A stretch of 64,000 nucleotides of DNA, from positions 416,001 through 480,000 of the forward strand of contig CAWEXO010000011.1 of NCBI GenBank assembly GCA_963813025.1, in the 5' to 3' direction. Origin of the DNA: an uncultured Verrucomicrobiae bacterium. GTDB lineage: Bacteria > Verrucomicrobiota > Verrucomicrobiia > Chthoniobacterales > JAFAMB01. Under the pieces are notes generated by a model. The model was not told where the DNA came from. It was given only the letters and a program-made list of their open reading frames with translations, and did not search any database. Both the position numbers and the translations under genes were made by a program. Below, in pieces: positions 37,618 through 48,356 of this stretch (position 1 is the first letter of the stretch; the number at the start of each line of letters is the position of its first letter).

Positions 37618-39132
37618 TTATATCTCCCTCAAACCGGTCGCGAAGTGATAGTAAATCTCGTTATCACGAAGCCGGTGCTTGAACTCGCGCAGGTGCGTCT
37701 CGCGATCAATGATCGCTAGTTCCACGCCTGCAATTTCTGCAAAATCTTCCAAGTATTCGGTCGTGGCGACATAACTATAGACGGTGTGATGCGCCCCACC
37801 GGCATAAATCCAGGCAGCCACCGCGGTCTTGAAATCTGGGAAGCATTTCCAAACGGCCCGCGCCACGGGCAGCTTCGGCAACGGCTCGAGCGGTTTTACG
37901 GCCTGCACTTCGTTGACGATAAAGCGAAAGCGGTTTCCGAGATCGATAAGGGAGGCATTGATAGCCGGCCCCGGCGGAGCATTAAATACCAAGCGCACCG
38001 GGTCCTCCTTACCGCCGATGGCCAGGGGGTGAATTTCCAATGACGGCTTGTCCTCGGCGATGGATTCGCACACCTCTAACATGTGCGAGCCAAGCACCAG
38101 GTGACCATCCGGATGCAAGTGGTAAGTGTAATCTTCCATGAAGGAAGTGCCGCCATCGAGGTCGGCGGCCATCGCCTTCACCGCCCGAAGCAGGGCGCAG
38201 GTTTTCCAATCACCTTCACCTCCAAAACCGTACCCGTCCGCCATCAGACGCTGTACTGCCAGCCCAGGAAGCTGCTTTAGCCCGTGCAGGACTTGGAAGT
38301 TAGTCGTGAACCCTTTAAAATGGCCCTCCTCCAAAAAGCCCCGCAAACCCAGCTCAATGCGCGCCCCGTCGCGCAGCCCATTGTGACGCGCACCGCCTGA
38401 GCGCAGTTCTTTTCGCACGTTATAGCGTTGTTCGTATTCCGTACAAAGCTTGGTTACCTCATCATCGGTCGCCCGATTTACGTACTCAACCAGGTCACCG
38501 ACGCCATAGCCGTTCACAGAAAAACCAAACTTTGCTTCAGCTGAGACTTTGTCGCCTTCAGTCACGGCAACGTCGCGCATGTTGTCAGCGAAGCGGGCGA
38601 ACTTCGCCCCTTGCCAGTCATGCCAAGCCCGCACGACGCGCATCCAGATTGCGACTCGCTCCTGGACCTCGGCGTCTGACCAATGGCCGGCCACCACTTT
38701 GCGGTTCAGCCGTAGCCGGGTGTGAATGTACCCCGCCTCTCGATCCCCGTGCGCGGCCTGGTTCAGGTTCATAAAATCCATGTCTATCTCGCTCCAGGGC
38801 AGGTCACGATTGAACTGGGTGTGCAGGTGCAGGAACGGCTTCATCAAAAGAGAAAGGCCGCCGATCCACATTTTCGAAGGCGAGAAAGTGTGCATCCAGA
38901 GCACCAAGCCGCCGCAGTTTGGCGTGCTGTTAGCCCGGATGCAAAGCGTGCGAATTTCTTCAGGTCGGGTGAGCACCGGCTGAAACACCATGTTAAGCGG
39001 GAGTCGCTGGGAGGCGTTTAGTTGGTTAACGATCTGTTGCGAATGTTCCGTCACCTGGCGTAGCGCCTCTGGTCCATAAAGGTGTTGGCTGCCCGTGATG
39101 AACCAGATTTCAGGCGATTCAAGGTTTTGCAT
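37618..39132 (-). CDS. araA: L-arabinose isomerase
   Basis: [51 protein letters not shown]. Confidence 0.98.
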   Translation of the reverse strand: MQNLESPEIWFITGSQHLYGPEALRQVTEHSQQIVNQLNASQRLPLNMVFQPVLTRPEEIRTLCIRANSTPNCGGLVLWMHTFSPSKMWIGGLSLLMKPFLHLHTQFNRDLPWSEIDMDFMNLNQAAHGDREAGYIHTRLRLNRKVVAGHWSDAEVQERVAIWMRVVRAWHDWQGAKFARFADNMRDVAVTEGDKVSAEAKFGFSVNGYGVGDLVEYVNRATDDEVTKLCTEYEQRYNVRKELRSGGARHNGLRDGARIELGLRGFLEEGHFKGFTTNFQVLHGLKQLPGLAVQRLMADGYGFGGEGDWKTCALLRAVKAMAADLDGGTSFMEDYTYHLHPDGHLVLGSHMLEVCESIAEDKPSLEIHPLAIGGKEDPVRLVFNAPPGPAINASLIDLGNRFRFIVNEVQAVKPLEPLPKLPVARAVWKCFPDFKTAVAAWIYAGGAHHTVYSYVATTEYLEDFAEIAGVELAIIDRETHLREFKHRLRDNEIYYHFATGLREI

Positions 39133-39158
39133 GTAGTGATTGTGGGAGAAGGTGCAAC

Positions 39159-39460
39159 CTACCGTGCTGTCTGAGCTTCTTTAATGCAGATGAGGTCTTT
39201 CATCACACCCGGGAGATCCGCGGACCGATTGAGGCCGCCGAACGCGTCGTGCAATCGGCGGTACAACACATAAAGCTGCTCGTAAACTGCCTGACTATCC
39301 GGATCAGGCCGGTAGGTGACAGGTTTAAGGGAGGTCATGGCCTGTTCAGCAGAATGGAAATCCGGGCATCAGCCTTTCTCGGGTCCCGCTAGCACGGCGG
39401 CGGCCATGGCTGACCCGAGCGCGCACGCCTGGCTCGAGGTTGGCATTTGCATGGTGCACC
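39159..39460 (-). pseudogene. araB: Ribulokinase C-terminal remnant with internal stop
   Basis: SSQACALGSAMAAAVLAG..G*.PDF..A..AM..LK...Y.P....YEQLY.LYRRLHDAFG....MKDL; position directly upstream of araA. Confidence 0.8.
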
Positions 39461-39779
39461 AGCGAATTAGGTTATCGGAATCTTCGACGAATGAAGAAGC
39501 CGTCCCGCAAGATTGCCGACTCCATTTTCTGCGAGCGAAATCGTAGCGCAAGCAAATTGTTAAAAACATTCGAACCGTCAGTTAAGTAAGCGATATTGAT
39601 TGCTGCGCCAAACATATTAAAGCTCGCAGTATCGAATTACTCGGCGTTCGCGGGGCAGCCGCTGTCGGCTACCCAATTCCGCGGAATGGCTCGCCATCCT
39701 TCTCCGCTTAAAAAAACAATCGCCTTGGCGCACTGCCCCGCGCGACCGGCTCAACTATTTCAGAATCAGCATTGCAGGT

Positions 39780-40056
39780 GTCTCGTAAAACCGTTTGGAA
39801 AACCGGGCGCACCCGATCGGCCAGCGTTTGGTTTGCATCACCAATTCGACCGGCCAGTCTGAAGGCCAGTGTTGCTCAAACCAGGAGTCGATCGCTTCTT
39901 CGCTAATCCGGTCGATACCGTGGAAAGATGGTCGGTTTCAACCCCTTTTCGGCCAGCAATCATCTGATCTCGAACAAACGCCCCCAGGTCGAGCAAGAGT
40001 AGCCGTAAGCTTTCCAGGTCTGAGTCCGAGAAGGGGAGCGCAGGCAAAGCAGTCAT
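39780..40056 (-). pseudogene. Inositol-monophosphatase-like gene remnant with large internal deletion
   Basis: N-terminal helix, then IDRISEEAIDSWFEQHWPSDWPVELVM in a shifted frame; catalytic core absent. Confidence 0.45.
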
Positions 40057-40346
40057 TTTGGAAGGCGGTGTCTACGGATGTCAGCGTTGTTCTCAGAAAA
40101 GACCACTCATTTCGAGGTATTGAAGCAAAAAATAACGGAAAATGATAACCACAGATTTCTCAGATAAGGTTGAGGGGTCTTTTGTGGTTCTCGGAAGGAT
40201 TTGAACACAAGGCCTCAACGTCACAAAGACCAGCAACAAAATGCCTGGAGTAGCAGCCTGCGAGACAAAGGTACTTGCTTTCTGCCCGTCTCCCTGTTTA
40301 GCGTTTGCGAGCTTTTTTCCGAATCCCCCAACCTCCCGCACTGACT

Positions 40347-41381
40347 ATGGCCAGACCTGTTACCCTTTTCACCGGCCAGTGGGCCGACCTCACCCTGAAC
40401 GAACTTGCTCCAATAGCAAAAAAGATGGGCTTCGACGGGCTCGAACTTGCTTGTTGGGGCGACCACTTTGACGTCAACAAAGCGGCTCAATCGAAGGAAT
40501 ACTGCCAGGAGCGGTGGCGCATTCTTACCGAAAACGGGCTGACGGCTTTCTCCGTATCGAATCACTTAGCCGGTCAAGCGGTTTGTGACCTGATCGATGA
40601 ACGTCATCAGGCAATTCTCCCACCGGAAATCTGGGGCAATGGAAACCCGGAGGGCGTGCGCGAACGCGCCGCTGAAGCGATGAAAACCACTGCCCAGGCC
40701 TGCCGGAACTTTATTGATGCAAAACCGTCGAAAGACCTTGATTTTCCCGCGGTCGTCAACGGGTTCTCAGGGTCCAGTATCTGGCACGCGGTTTACGCCT
40801 TTCCACCAACCAGCCAAGCGTATCTCGACAAAGGCTTCGCCGATTTTGCGAAACGCTGGGTTCCGATTCTCGACGCGTTCGATGCAGTCAACGTGAACTT
40901 TGCTCTGGAAGTTCATCCGACAGAGATCGCCTTCGATATCGCCTCCGCTCAACGCGCCCTGGAAGCGGTCAACAATCATCCGCGATTCGGCTTCAATTAC
41001 GATCCATCGCACCTCGGATATCAGGGCGTTGATTACGTTCAGTTCATCTACAATTTCAAGGATCGGATCTATCACGCGCATATGAAAGATGCCTGGTGGG
41101 GACACGGAACCGGCGAGGTGGGTGTCTTCGGCGGACACACCGACTTCGGCGATCGGCGGCGCTACTGGGACTTCCGCTCCATTGGGCACGGTGACATTAA
41201 ATTCGAGGACATCATTGTTGCGCTGAACGATATCCGGTATCGCGGTCCGCTCTCCATCGAATGGGAAGATGGCCGCATGGATCGGGTGCATGGAGCAACG
41301 GAATCCTGCCGGAATACGCGGTCCTACGACTTCGAACCAAATCGGGCGGCGTTTGATGCCGCGTTTCAGAAGAAGGCGTAA
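40347..41381 (+). CDS. Sugar phosphate isomerase/epimerase (xylose-isomerase-like TIM barrel)
   Basis: [46 protein letters not shown] metal ligands. Confidence 0.92.
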   Translation: MARPVTLFTGQWADLTLNELAPIAKKMGFDGLELACWGDHFDVNKAAQSKEYCQERWRILTENGLTAFSVSNHLAGQAVCDLIDERHQAILPPEIWGNGNPEGVRERAAEAMKTTAQACRNFIDAKPSKDLDFPAVVNGFSGSSIWHAVYAFPPTSQAYLDKGFADFAKRWVPILDAFDAVNVNFALEVHPTEIAFDIASAQRALEAVNNHPRFGFNYDPSHLGYQGVDYVQFIYNFKDRIYHAHMKDAWWGHGTGEVGVFGGHTDFGDRRRYWDFRSIGHGDIKFEDIIVALNDIRYRGPLSIEWEDGRMDRVHGATESCRNTRSYDFEPNRAAFDAAFQKKA

Positions 41382-41390
41382 CGAGGCACT

Positions 41391-42548
41391 ATGAGCAGAA
41401 GATTGCAAATGGGAATGGTCGGTGGCGGCCCCGGAGCCTTTATTGGGGCGGTACACCGGATCGCGGCAAGTTTAGATGGCAAAATCGATCTGGTTGCCGG
41501 AGCGTTCTCCAGTTCGGCCGACAAATCGAAGCAACAAGGCGAGGAACTCGGCTTGAATCCAACCCGGGTCTATCCTGATTACCGAACCATGGCCGCAGCC
41601 GAAGCCAAGCTGCCAAAAGGTGAACGCATCGACTTTGTCTCGATTGTCACTCCGAACAATTCACATTTCCCGGTCGCCAAGACTTTCCTCGAGGCAGGAT
41701 TCAATGTGGTCTGCGATAAGCCTATGACCTTCAATCTCGAAGAGGCCAAACAGTTGCGGGACATCGTTAAACATACGAAAAAGGTGTTTGCGCTCACCCA
41801 TAACTACACAGGATATCCGATGGTGAAGGAAGCGCGCGAGATGGTGCGCCGTGGCGACCTCGGAAAACTTCTGAAGATTGTGGCGGAGTATCCACAGGGC
41901 TGGTTAATCAACGCGATTGATGCGGAAGGCCAGAAACAAGCTTCCTGGCGAACCGACCCCGCAAAAGCCGGCGCAAGCAGCTGCATCGGTGATATTGGCA
42001 CGCACGCCGAAAATCTGGGGCGTTACATTAGCGGGCTGGAGATAGCCGAACTCTGTGCCGATTTCACCACGTTTGTTCCCGGGCGCCGACTGGAAGACGA
42101 TGGCAATCTGCTGATCCGCTACGAGGAAGGAGCCCGCGGGGTGCTCTACGCTTCCCAGATTTCTGCCGGCGAAGAAAACAATCTCACGATCCGGGTGTAC
42201 GGTACGCAGGCTTCGCTCGAATGGCATCAGGAACATCCGAATGAGTTGATCGTCAAGTATCCTGATGCACCGCGGAAAACATTTCGCCGCGGCAACAACT
42301 ACGTCAGCGAAACAACCAAGAAATTCACTCGTCTGCCGTTTGGCCATCCGGAGGCTTTTCTCGAAGCTTTCGCGAATATCTATCTTGAAGCAGCCCGCGC
42401 GATCACCGCGGAAGTCGAAGGAAAGCCAATCCCGGCGGATTGCGACTTTCCCACGGTCGACGACGGAGTTGAAGGAATGGCGTTTATTGCTACCGCGGTG
42501 GAAAGCGCAAAGAACGGCAGCGTGTGGACCAAGATGAAACGCGTCTAA
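41391..42548 (+). CDS. Gfo/Idh/MocA-family NAD-dependent oxidoreductase
   Basis: GMVGGGPGAFIGAVHR, IVTPN..H, CDKP, HNYTGYPMV, GDIGTH, GHPEAFLEAFAN. Confidence 0.95.
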   Translation: MSRRLQMGMVGGGPGAFIGAVHRIAASLDGKIDLVAGAFSSSADKSKQQGEELGLNPTRVYPDYRTMAAAEAKLPKGERIDFVSIVTPNNSHFPVAKTFLEAGFNVVCDKPMTFNLEEAKQLRDIVKHTKKVFALTHNYTGYPMVKEAREMVRRGDLGKLLKIVAEYPQGWLINAIDAEGQKQASWRTDPAKAGASSCIGDIGTHAENLGRYISGLEIAELCADFTTFVPGRRLEDDGNLLIRYEEGARGVLYASQISAGEENNLTIRVYGTQASLEWHQEHPNELIVKYPDAPRKTFRRGNNYVSETTKKFTRLPFGHPEAFLEAFANIYLEAARAITAEVEGKPIPADCDFPTVDDGVEGMAFIATAVESAKNGSVWTKMKRV

Positions 42549-42619
42549 AGAAGGCTGCCCGAGCGTGCGCGCGTAGGATACGTTAGTATTTCCGCAGAGG
42601 AAGCATCGGCAGTCTGACG

Positions 42620-42790
42620 TTCCTGTCCTGTCATCGACCTGATTATGCCCAGCCGTCAGAACCAGGAGCGTCTTTTGATCGGGACTCACTACCGAACTGA
42701 TGCCTCCGCTGGAAACAAAATCAGGAAAATCGGGAAACCCGGGATTTAATCGTTGCAGCATCGAGCGAGGAGCCGCTGTAGAATCGGATC
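42620..42790 (-). pseudogene. Fragment of a YncE/YVTN beta-propeller protein
   Basis: LNPGFPDFPDFV....SSVVSPDQKTLLVLTAGHN; no start or continuation. Confidence 0.45.
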
Positions 42791-42865
42791 GCGTCCATAG
42801 GGAAGTCCCGTTAAAAACTGGATTATCCGTCGCCCCGAAGATCTTTGGCGGAGGGGGAAGCAAGC

Positions 42866-44380
42866 ATGCACGCTCCGAAATTGTTGTTGCTCACTGATGC
42901 TCTAACGGAGGCGGAGACTGTCGAGCTACCGCTCCTTGGATTGACCTGTTTGATTTATGGCCTTGCGCTATTGATCGGTCGATTCCTCAAACGGCGAGTT
43001 CGCGTCCAACTGGATTGGACCTACCAGATTTTTGCCTTGGCGCTAGCGGTTTATCTCGGCGCGCTCATTCTCGGAAAACAGGACCTTCCGGGCATAAAGG
43101 AAGCCGGATTCCTCGCTCTTTTTTTTGGAGCATTCCCCTTCAACGCTCTCCTGCACCGGTTTTTCTGGCCACTCTACGGCTACCCCGGACCAAAACCGCG
43201 AATCCCAACATTTTTGCCCCAGGTCGCTGCGCTGCTGGTCGTCATTGCCTTCTGGGTGATCGGTCTGGGAACCTTTTATCACATCACTGTCACCGGTCTC
43301 TTAGCCGGGTCGGGTGTTATCGCGATCATCATCGGTCTCGCTTTGCAAGAGACACTGGGCAATATCTTTGCCGGGTTCGGCCTACAAGCCGGCAAAACCT
43401 TCCGGGTCGGCGACTGGCTGATCGTCGATGGTCAACACGTGGAGGTGGTCGAGCTGAACTGGCGTTCGACGAGGTTCCGCAACAATGATGAAGCCAGCAT
43501 CAGCGTACCAAACAGCCAGCTGGCGAAAGCGAAGATCATCAATCTCTATTATCCAACGCCGGTGCACGCAATGCGGATAAAAGTCGGCGTCGAATACCGC
43601 ATCGCGCCCAACGAGGTGAAGGAAGCCCTGATCAAAGCGGCGCTTTCCGTCGATGGCGTCTTATCCGAGCCGGCTCCATACGCTTTCCTGACCGAGTTTG
43701 GCGATTCAGCGATCAACTACGAATTGAAGTTTTGGCTACGCGACGGGCGGCGCTATCCCCGAATCAGCGACGCAATTCGGACCAACTGCTGGTATGAGTT
43801 CTCTCGCCGCGGAATCCCGTTTGCTTTTCCTGTCCGCGTGTGGGAACGGGCGCGGACAGCGGCGCATCGGCCTGACCAAAAGATCGAGTGGTTGGAAAAA
43901 CAGCCGCTTTTTGCTTCGCTGGCGCGATCCCAGCTTGATCAACTCGGCCAGGCCACCCAACAGGTGCGTTTTGGCAAAGGAGAAACGATCATCCAAGAAG
44001 GGGAGCCCGGCGACTCGATGTTCATCCTTGTCTCCGGGAGGGCGGTAGTGTTTGTCCAAAAAGAAAGCCGGCTCCTGCGGGTGGGTACGCTCAAAGCAGG
44101 GGATTGTTTCGGTGAGGTTTCTCTTTTAACCGGCGAACCGAGAAGTGCTACGGTAGTGGCTGAGAGTGACTGCTCGGTGATCGAAGTGCCGAAAGCTCCG
44201 GTTAGCGTGTTGCTCCATCAAAATCCCGAGCTGGCTGAGCGACTCAGCGAAACTCTGGCGCAGCGCCGTTTGGCCACCCAGAATGAGCTGGAGCGTTTAG
44301 AACTGGAAGGTACCACAAATGTCGCGACGCAGACAAAAGAAAGTCTGCTGGCCCGGCTTCGCTTGTTCTTTGAGCTCTGA
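42866..44380 (+). CDS. MscS-family channel with C-terminal cyclic-nucleotide-binding domain
   Basis: GLALQETLGNIFAG..FRVGDW, SVPNS, EFGDSAINYEL; EGEPGDSMF..GDCFGE.SLLTGEPRSATV. Confidence 0.93.
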   Translation: MHAPKLLLLTDALTEAETVELPLLGLTCLIYGLALLIGRFLKRRVRVQLDWTYQIFALALAVYLGALILGKQDLPGIKEAGFLALFFGAFPFNALLHRFFWPLYGYPGPKPRIPTFLPQVAALLVVIAFWVIGLGTFYHITVTGLLAGSGVIAIIIGLALQETLGNIFAGFGLQAGKTFRVGDWLIVDGQHVEVVELNWRSTRFRNNDEASISVPNSQLAKAKIINLYYPTPVHAMRIKVGVEYRIAPNEVKEALIKAALSVDGVLSEPAPYAFLTEFGDSAINYELKFWLRDGRRYPRISDAIRTNCWYEFSRRGIPFAFPVRVWERARTAAHRPDQKIEWLEKQPLFASLARSQLDQLGQATQQVRFGKGETIIQEGEPGDSMFILVSGRAVVFVQKESRLLRVGTLKAGDCFGEVSLLTGEPRSATVVAESDCSVIEVPKAPVSVLLHQNPELAERLSETLAQRRLATQNELERLELEGTTNVATQTKESLLARLRLFFEL

Positions 44381-44395
44381 AGGTAAAATAGCGTT

Positions 44396-45436
44396 ATGCC
44401 GAACCAGGGTGACAAAACAACTTGGGATCAACGCTTCATGCGACGGGCGCTCCACGAAGCAAAGAAAGGACTGGGCAGCGTCAGCCCCAATCCGGCGGTC
44501 GGGGCGGTTATTGTCCGCGAGAGAGAGATTCTGGCCATCGGTTTTCATCAGAGGGCGGGCCTTCCTCACGCCGAAGTAGAAGCAATCAACAAGGCAGGTG
44601 GTCCAATTGCATGTCGCGGCACGACTCTTTACGTCACCTTGGAACCTTGTTCCACCACCGGACGGACCCCGCCCTGTATCGAAGCAATCCTCGCCGCCGG
44701 GATCCGACGGACCGTCATCGGCGCCATCGATCCGAATCCAATTCACCGCGGTCGAGGCTTGGTGGAGCTGCGTAAGCACGGAGTCGAGGTCACCGAGGGC
44801 GTCCTCGCGGCCGAGTGCACGCACTTGAACGCTGGCTTTAATCGCTGGATCCAGACGGGAAGGCCATGGCTCATCGTTAAGGTAGCGCAGTCGCTCGATG
44901 GTTACTTGACGCGCCCTCCGACCGAGCCACGCTGGCTGACCAGCGAACGCTCCCGATCGCTTGTCCATCGTCTACGAGCCAGCGTCGATGCAGTTCTGGT
45001 TGGTGCGGCCACAATTCGATCGGATGACCCGCAGCTCACGGTGCGTCCCCAGCGGGGCAATCGCCAGCCATGGCGCGTGATTGTGACCCGATCGGGCAAC
45101 CTGCCCTATAACGCTCGCGTTTTCACCGACCCGTTCCGGGATCGCACTTTGGTTTTTCGCAATCAGGCGTGGGAGAGCGTCTTGCAGCAGCTCGGCCAAC
45201 GCGGCATCACGCGCCTGCTCGTGGAAGGCGGCGGCGAGATTACCGGCGAACTGCTCGACCGTGATCTGATTGACGAGATCTGGTGCTTCTACGCGCCTTT
45301 CTTGACCGGAGGAAACATTCCCGCCTTTCGTGGGATTGGCGCCGCGGACAATGAACAAGCCAAGACGCTCCGCGAGCCTCGGTTTCGCCGGTTGGGAAAC
45401 GATCTGCTGCTCACCGGCTTCCTGCACGAAGCGTAG
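44396..45436 (+). CDS. ribD: Riboflavin biosynthesis deaminase/reductase
   Basis: SPNPAVG, HAE, TLEPC..GRTPPC, SLDG, DDPQLTVR, VEGGG. Confidence 0.97.
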   Translation: MPNQGDKTTWDQRFMRRALHEAKKGLGSVSPNPAVGAVIVREREILAIGFHQRAGLPHAEVEAINKAGGPIACRGTTLYVTLEPCSTTGRTPPCIEAILAAGIRRTVIGAIDPNPIHRGRGLVELRKHGVEVTEGVLAAECTHLNAGFNRWIQTGRPWLIVKVAQSLDGYLTRPPTEPRWLTSERSRSLVHRLRASVDAVLVGAATIRSDDPQLTVRPQRGNRQPWRVIVTRSGNLPYNARVFTDPFRDRTLVFRNQAWESVLQQLGQRGITRLLVEGGGEITGELLDRDLIDEIWCFYAPFLTGGNIPAFRGIGAADNEQAKTLREPRFRRLGNDLLLTGFLHEA

Positions 45437-45511
45437 AAGCGGGCGCCAAGAGCGAAAATTTGCAGTGGAAGTCCGCAGCCGCGATTCGAAAGCCAGGCGC
45501 GATACAAAACA

Positions 45512-45537
45512 AAGACCTGCCGGCGTCGGCAGGTCTT
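45512..45537. terminator. Hairpin downstream of ribD (possible terminator)
   Basis: Perfect 11-bp stem AAGACCTGCCG-GCGT-CGGCAGGTCTT. Confidence 0.5.
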
Positions 45538-45856
45538 CCGGATTAACTCCCAGGAATGTTGTCGATCTCCACGAGCACCCCACTTCCTAGGAAATCATCG
45601 TTAAGTATGAGCGGGACGGCGAAGTGACGGAGCTCGGCGCGAATTCGTTCATAGATTTCTGGAGGCAAATCTCCGAGTCGGATAGGGAACAGTATCAGAA
45701 TGGTTTTTCATGAATCCAAAAATGCCGCCGCAAGCTGAGGTCCTGCTGTATCTTGTTTAAAGAAATTAGCGCTAGGAGACCGATCAGCCCGGATGCTCCT
45801 GCGACCGCACTGACGATGGCTGGCGTCATCGACTTATTACATTTCTTCGCAGTATG

Positions 45857-46150
45857 TCAGTAACGAATCCGTTCCATGTCCTCGATGAGCACTTTCTGGC
45901 CGGGGCGGTCGTAGAGTTTGGTGGTCCGGCTGTCGGCATGGCCAGCAATCCGCTGCGCGGCTTCAAGAGTGCCGTCATTTTCCAGAAAATTCGTGATACC
46001 GGTGGCCCGAAACGAGTGAGGCGAATAGTGCGCCGGCAATCCAGCCTGTTTCAGCCGGCGCTTGAGCATCTCCCAGGCGTGTTTCCGCGTTAGTGGATGG
46101 CTCGATAGTTTGCCTGTTTGTCGCGCGGCGGCCGGAAAAAGAGGGTGCGC
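45857..46150 (-). pseudogene. Tyrosine recombinase C-terminal fragment
   Basis: HSFRATGIT, AGHA, TTKLYDR (HxxR, H, Y catalytic residues); N-terminal two-thirds absent. Confidence 0.85.
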
Positions 46151-46194
46151 GGACCCCAATAATGACCGGGTCAGTTCCAACGGGCAGGAGCACC

Positions 46195-46340
46195 CTGCTC
46201 AGGCCGTCGAATGCCTTCTTGAGCTTCGCGATGTTGAACTTCACCTGTGTTAGCATCTCGGCGGCTGCGCGACCCGCCTTCGCCTTGTCTGGATCGCTCA
46301 TCATATCGACGAGCATCGTGGGCACGATCTGCCACCACAC
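46195..46340 (-). pseudogene. PhnB/VOC-family C-terminal fragment
   Basis: WWQIVP..L..MMSDPD..KA.RA..EML..VKFNIA.LKKAFDG. Confidence 0.7.
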
Positions 46341-46419
46341 CGGTTGCGTCACCGATTCTATAGGCGAAGTTGTCTTAGATTTTGGCTACTGATTTCAAAT
46401 GCGATATCACGCGCAGCCT

Positions 46420-46669
46420 TCTCGGAGCCGAGATCCAGTACGGTTTCGCCTTCATGGAGTTGCGCCAATGCCGTAGGATTGCCGCAACCGAGCGAATCCA
46501 GCACCGCTTCCTTTGGCAGAGTGTCGGTTTGCAGGGCGTTATAAAGGTTCGAGGTTATCGGGTCGCAGCAATCAAGTCCGGACCGGGGACCGCAGCAGGA
46601 GCTTTCTCCCGATTGCACGCGTAGTACAGCCTGCCCGTATTTCTCTTTTACTATCTCTTTGATTTCCAT
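46420..46669 (-). pseudogene. arsM: Arsenite methyltransferase N-terminal fragment
   Basis: VKEKYG..A, SSCCG, DPITSNLY, SLGCGNPTALA.L.EGETVLDLGS, then abrupt break; downstream of arsR. Confidence 0.85.
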
Positions 46670-46695
46670 TCCTTGGCCTTTCTTTTTAAAAACCG

Positions 46696-47049
46696 TCACC
46701 GGCACAAGCTCACAATCGCCTGTGGTTCAACCGCCTTGTTGCGGGTACAGCATTCGGCATAGAGAAATCCTAAAAGCTCTCGCAGCGCATCCGCGTTCGC
46801 TGAATACCGGAGGAAGGTGCTTTCGCGCTGAACTTTCACCAAACCTTCGTTCTTCAGCTTTTCCGGATGATGCGAGAGCGTGGAAGCGGTGACGCCAAGC
46901 TCAGTCATGATGTCGCCTACCACCATACCGTCAGAATGCGCCGAGAGCAGCAGCCGCATAATACGCAGACGCGGTTCTGTGCCGAGCGCCGAGAACATAT
47001 CCGCGAACCGCGCGACCTGTTCTTCTGCCGCTTTTTTACTCGTTGCCAT
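46696..47049 (-). CDS. arsR: ArsR/SmtB-family transcriptional regulator
   Basis: FSALG...RL.I.RLL, STLSHH, C-terminal ECC metal site. Confidence 0.88.
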   Translation of the reverse strand: MATSKKAAEEQVARFADMFSALGTEPRLRIMRLLLSAHSDGMVVGDIMTELGVTASTLSHHPEKLKNEGLVKVQRESTFLRYSANADALRELLGFLYAECCTRNKAVEPQAIVSLCR

Positions 47050-47197
47050 AAGTTTTAATGATTTGATGCTTCTGTAAGAACAGCATTATCCAATTAAGCA
47101 ACGGAATTCCATTCATTGCATCGAAGGCGATTGGAGCGCGGAGCGGGCTTACCTATGACGCGCTCAACCGGCGAAAGAGCAATTCAAGCGTTCTTAA

Positions 47198-48356
47198 CTA
47201 TTCTGAGCGCAGAGGTCTGAATAACTCACGGATCTCCTGGGCCAATGCCTCCGGCTGCTCCATCGCAGCGAAGTGTCCCCCCGTGGCATCACACTCCAGC
47301 GACGGATATCCCTGAAGACTCGTTCTGCTAAAGAACGGGCGGCCGTACTATCTCATGAGGGAACTCACAATAGCCGGCGGGAACAGTGACGATGTTGGTC
47401 TCCTCGGTCTGCCATGAGCTATGCCTACGCGAATAATAGGGCCAGAAGGACGAACCGATCGCGCCCGTGAACCAATACAACCCAATATTCGCGAGAAGCC
47501 GGTCCCGCGTGAAAACAGTTTCGATGTCTCCTGCGCAGTCAGACCGCGCACGAAATTTCTCTACGATCCAGGCAGCAAGACCCGCCGGGGAGTCCGTCAG
47601 AGCAAAGGCGAGCGTCTGGGGCCGAGTACCTTGAATCCAGCCATAACCGGATTCCTCCTTCATCCAGGCCCGGAGCTCCTCAAGGTAGCGGCTCTCCTCC
47701 GGCGTGCGAGCGGATAACCCCTCCGCGTTATGGCCCACCGGCATCATGTTAAGGTGCAATCCCGACATACGCTCCGGGTAAGCGAGACCAAGGCGCGCCG
47801 TGATCCTCGAGCCCCAATCTCCGCCCTGCGCACCAAAACGCCTGTAGCCCAGAACGTCTGTCATCAACTCGGCGAAACAGTCGGCAATTGCTTCGATCCC
47901 AAAGCGCGCCTGACCTGAAGTGAAGGAAAGACCATAGCCTGGAAGCGATGGCACGACGACCGTGAACGCATCAGCAGGATCTGCTCCGAACCGACCTGGA
48001 TCAGTCAGCCTTATCAGCTCAAGGAACTCGAAGACCGAACCGGGCCAGCCGTGGGAGAGAAGCAGCGGGTGAGGATCAGGACCATTCCCAAGGACGTGCA
48101 TAAAATGCAGGTCGATGCCTTGCAAGCTAACCTTGTATTGAGGAAAGGAATTCAGCCTCGCCTCTTGAGCACGCCGGTCGAAGCCATCTCGCCAATAGTC
48201 GACAAATCCTGCCATCCAATTGAGATCCGTGCCATAAGCCCATGGCTCACCGGGCGCTTGATCAGGGAATCGCGTCCGTGACAGGCGCTCTCGCAAGTCG
48301 GCAAGAGCCGCATCTGGAACGTGTAGGTTGAAAGTTTCGGGTTGTTTGCTTGTCAT
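47198..48356 (-). pseudogene. Epoxide hydrolase (EHN family), frameshift near 47335
   Basis: HGWPGS, PSLPGYG.S, QGGDWGS, DSPAGLAAWIVEKF; catalytic GGHFAAMEQP in another frame. Confidence 0.85.

Noticed and set aside
41904..42863. 319-aa minus-strand ORF as a real gene
   Set aside because: Most of it is antisense to the Gfo/Idh/MocA gene; only ~55 codons look like a protein fragment
45545..45830. Short minus-strand pieces (e.g. FLGSGVLVEID) resembling a protease N-terminus
   Set aside because: Too short and broken to support a call
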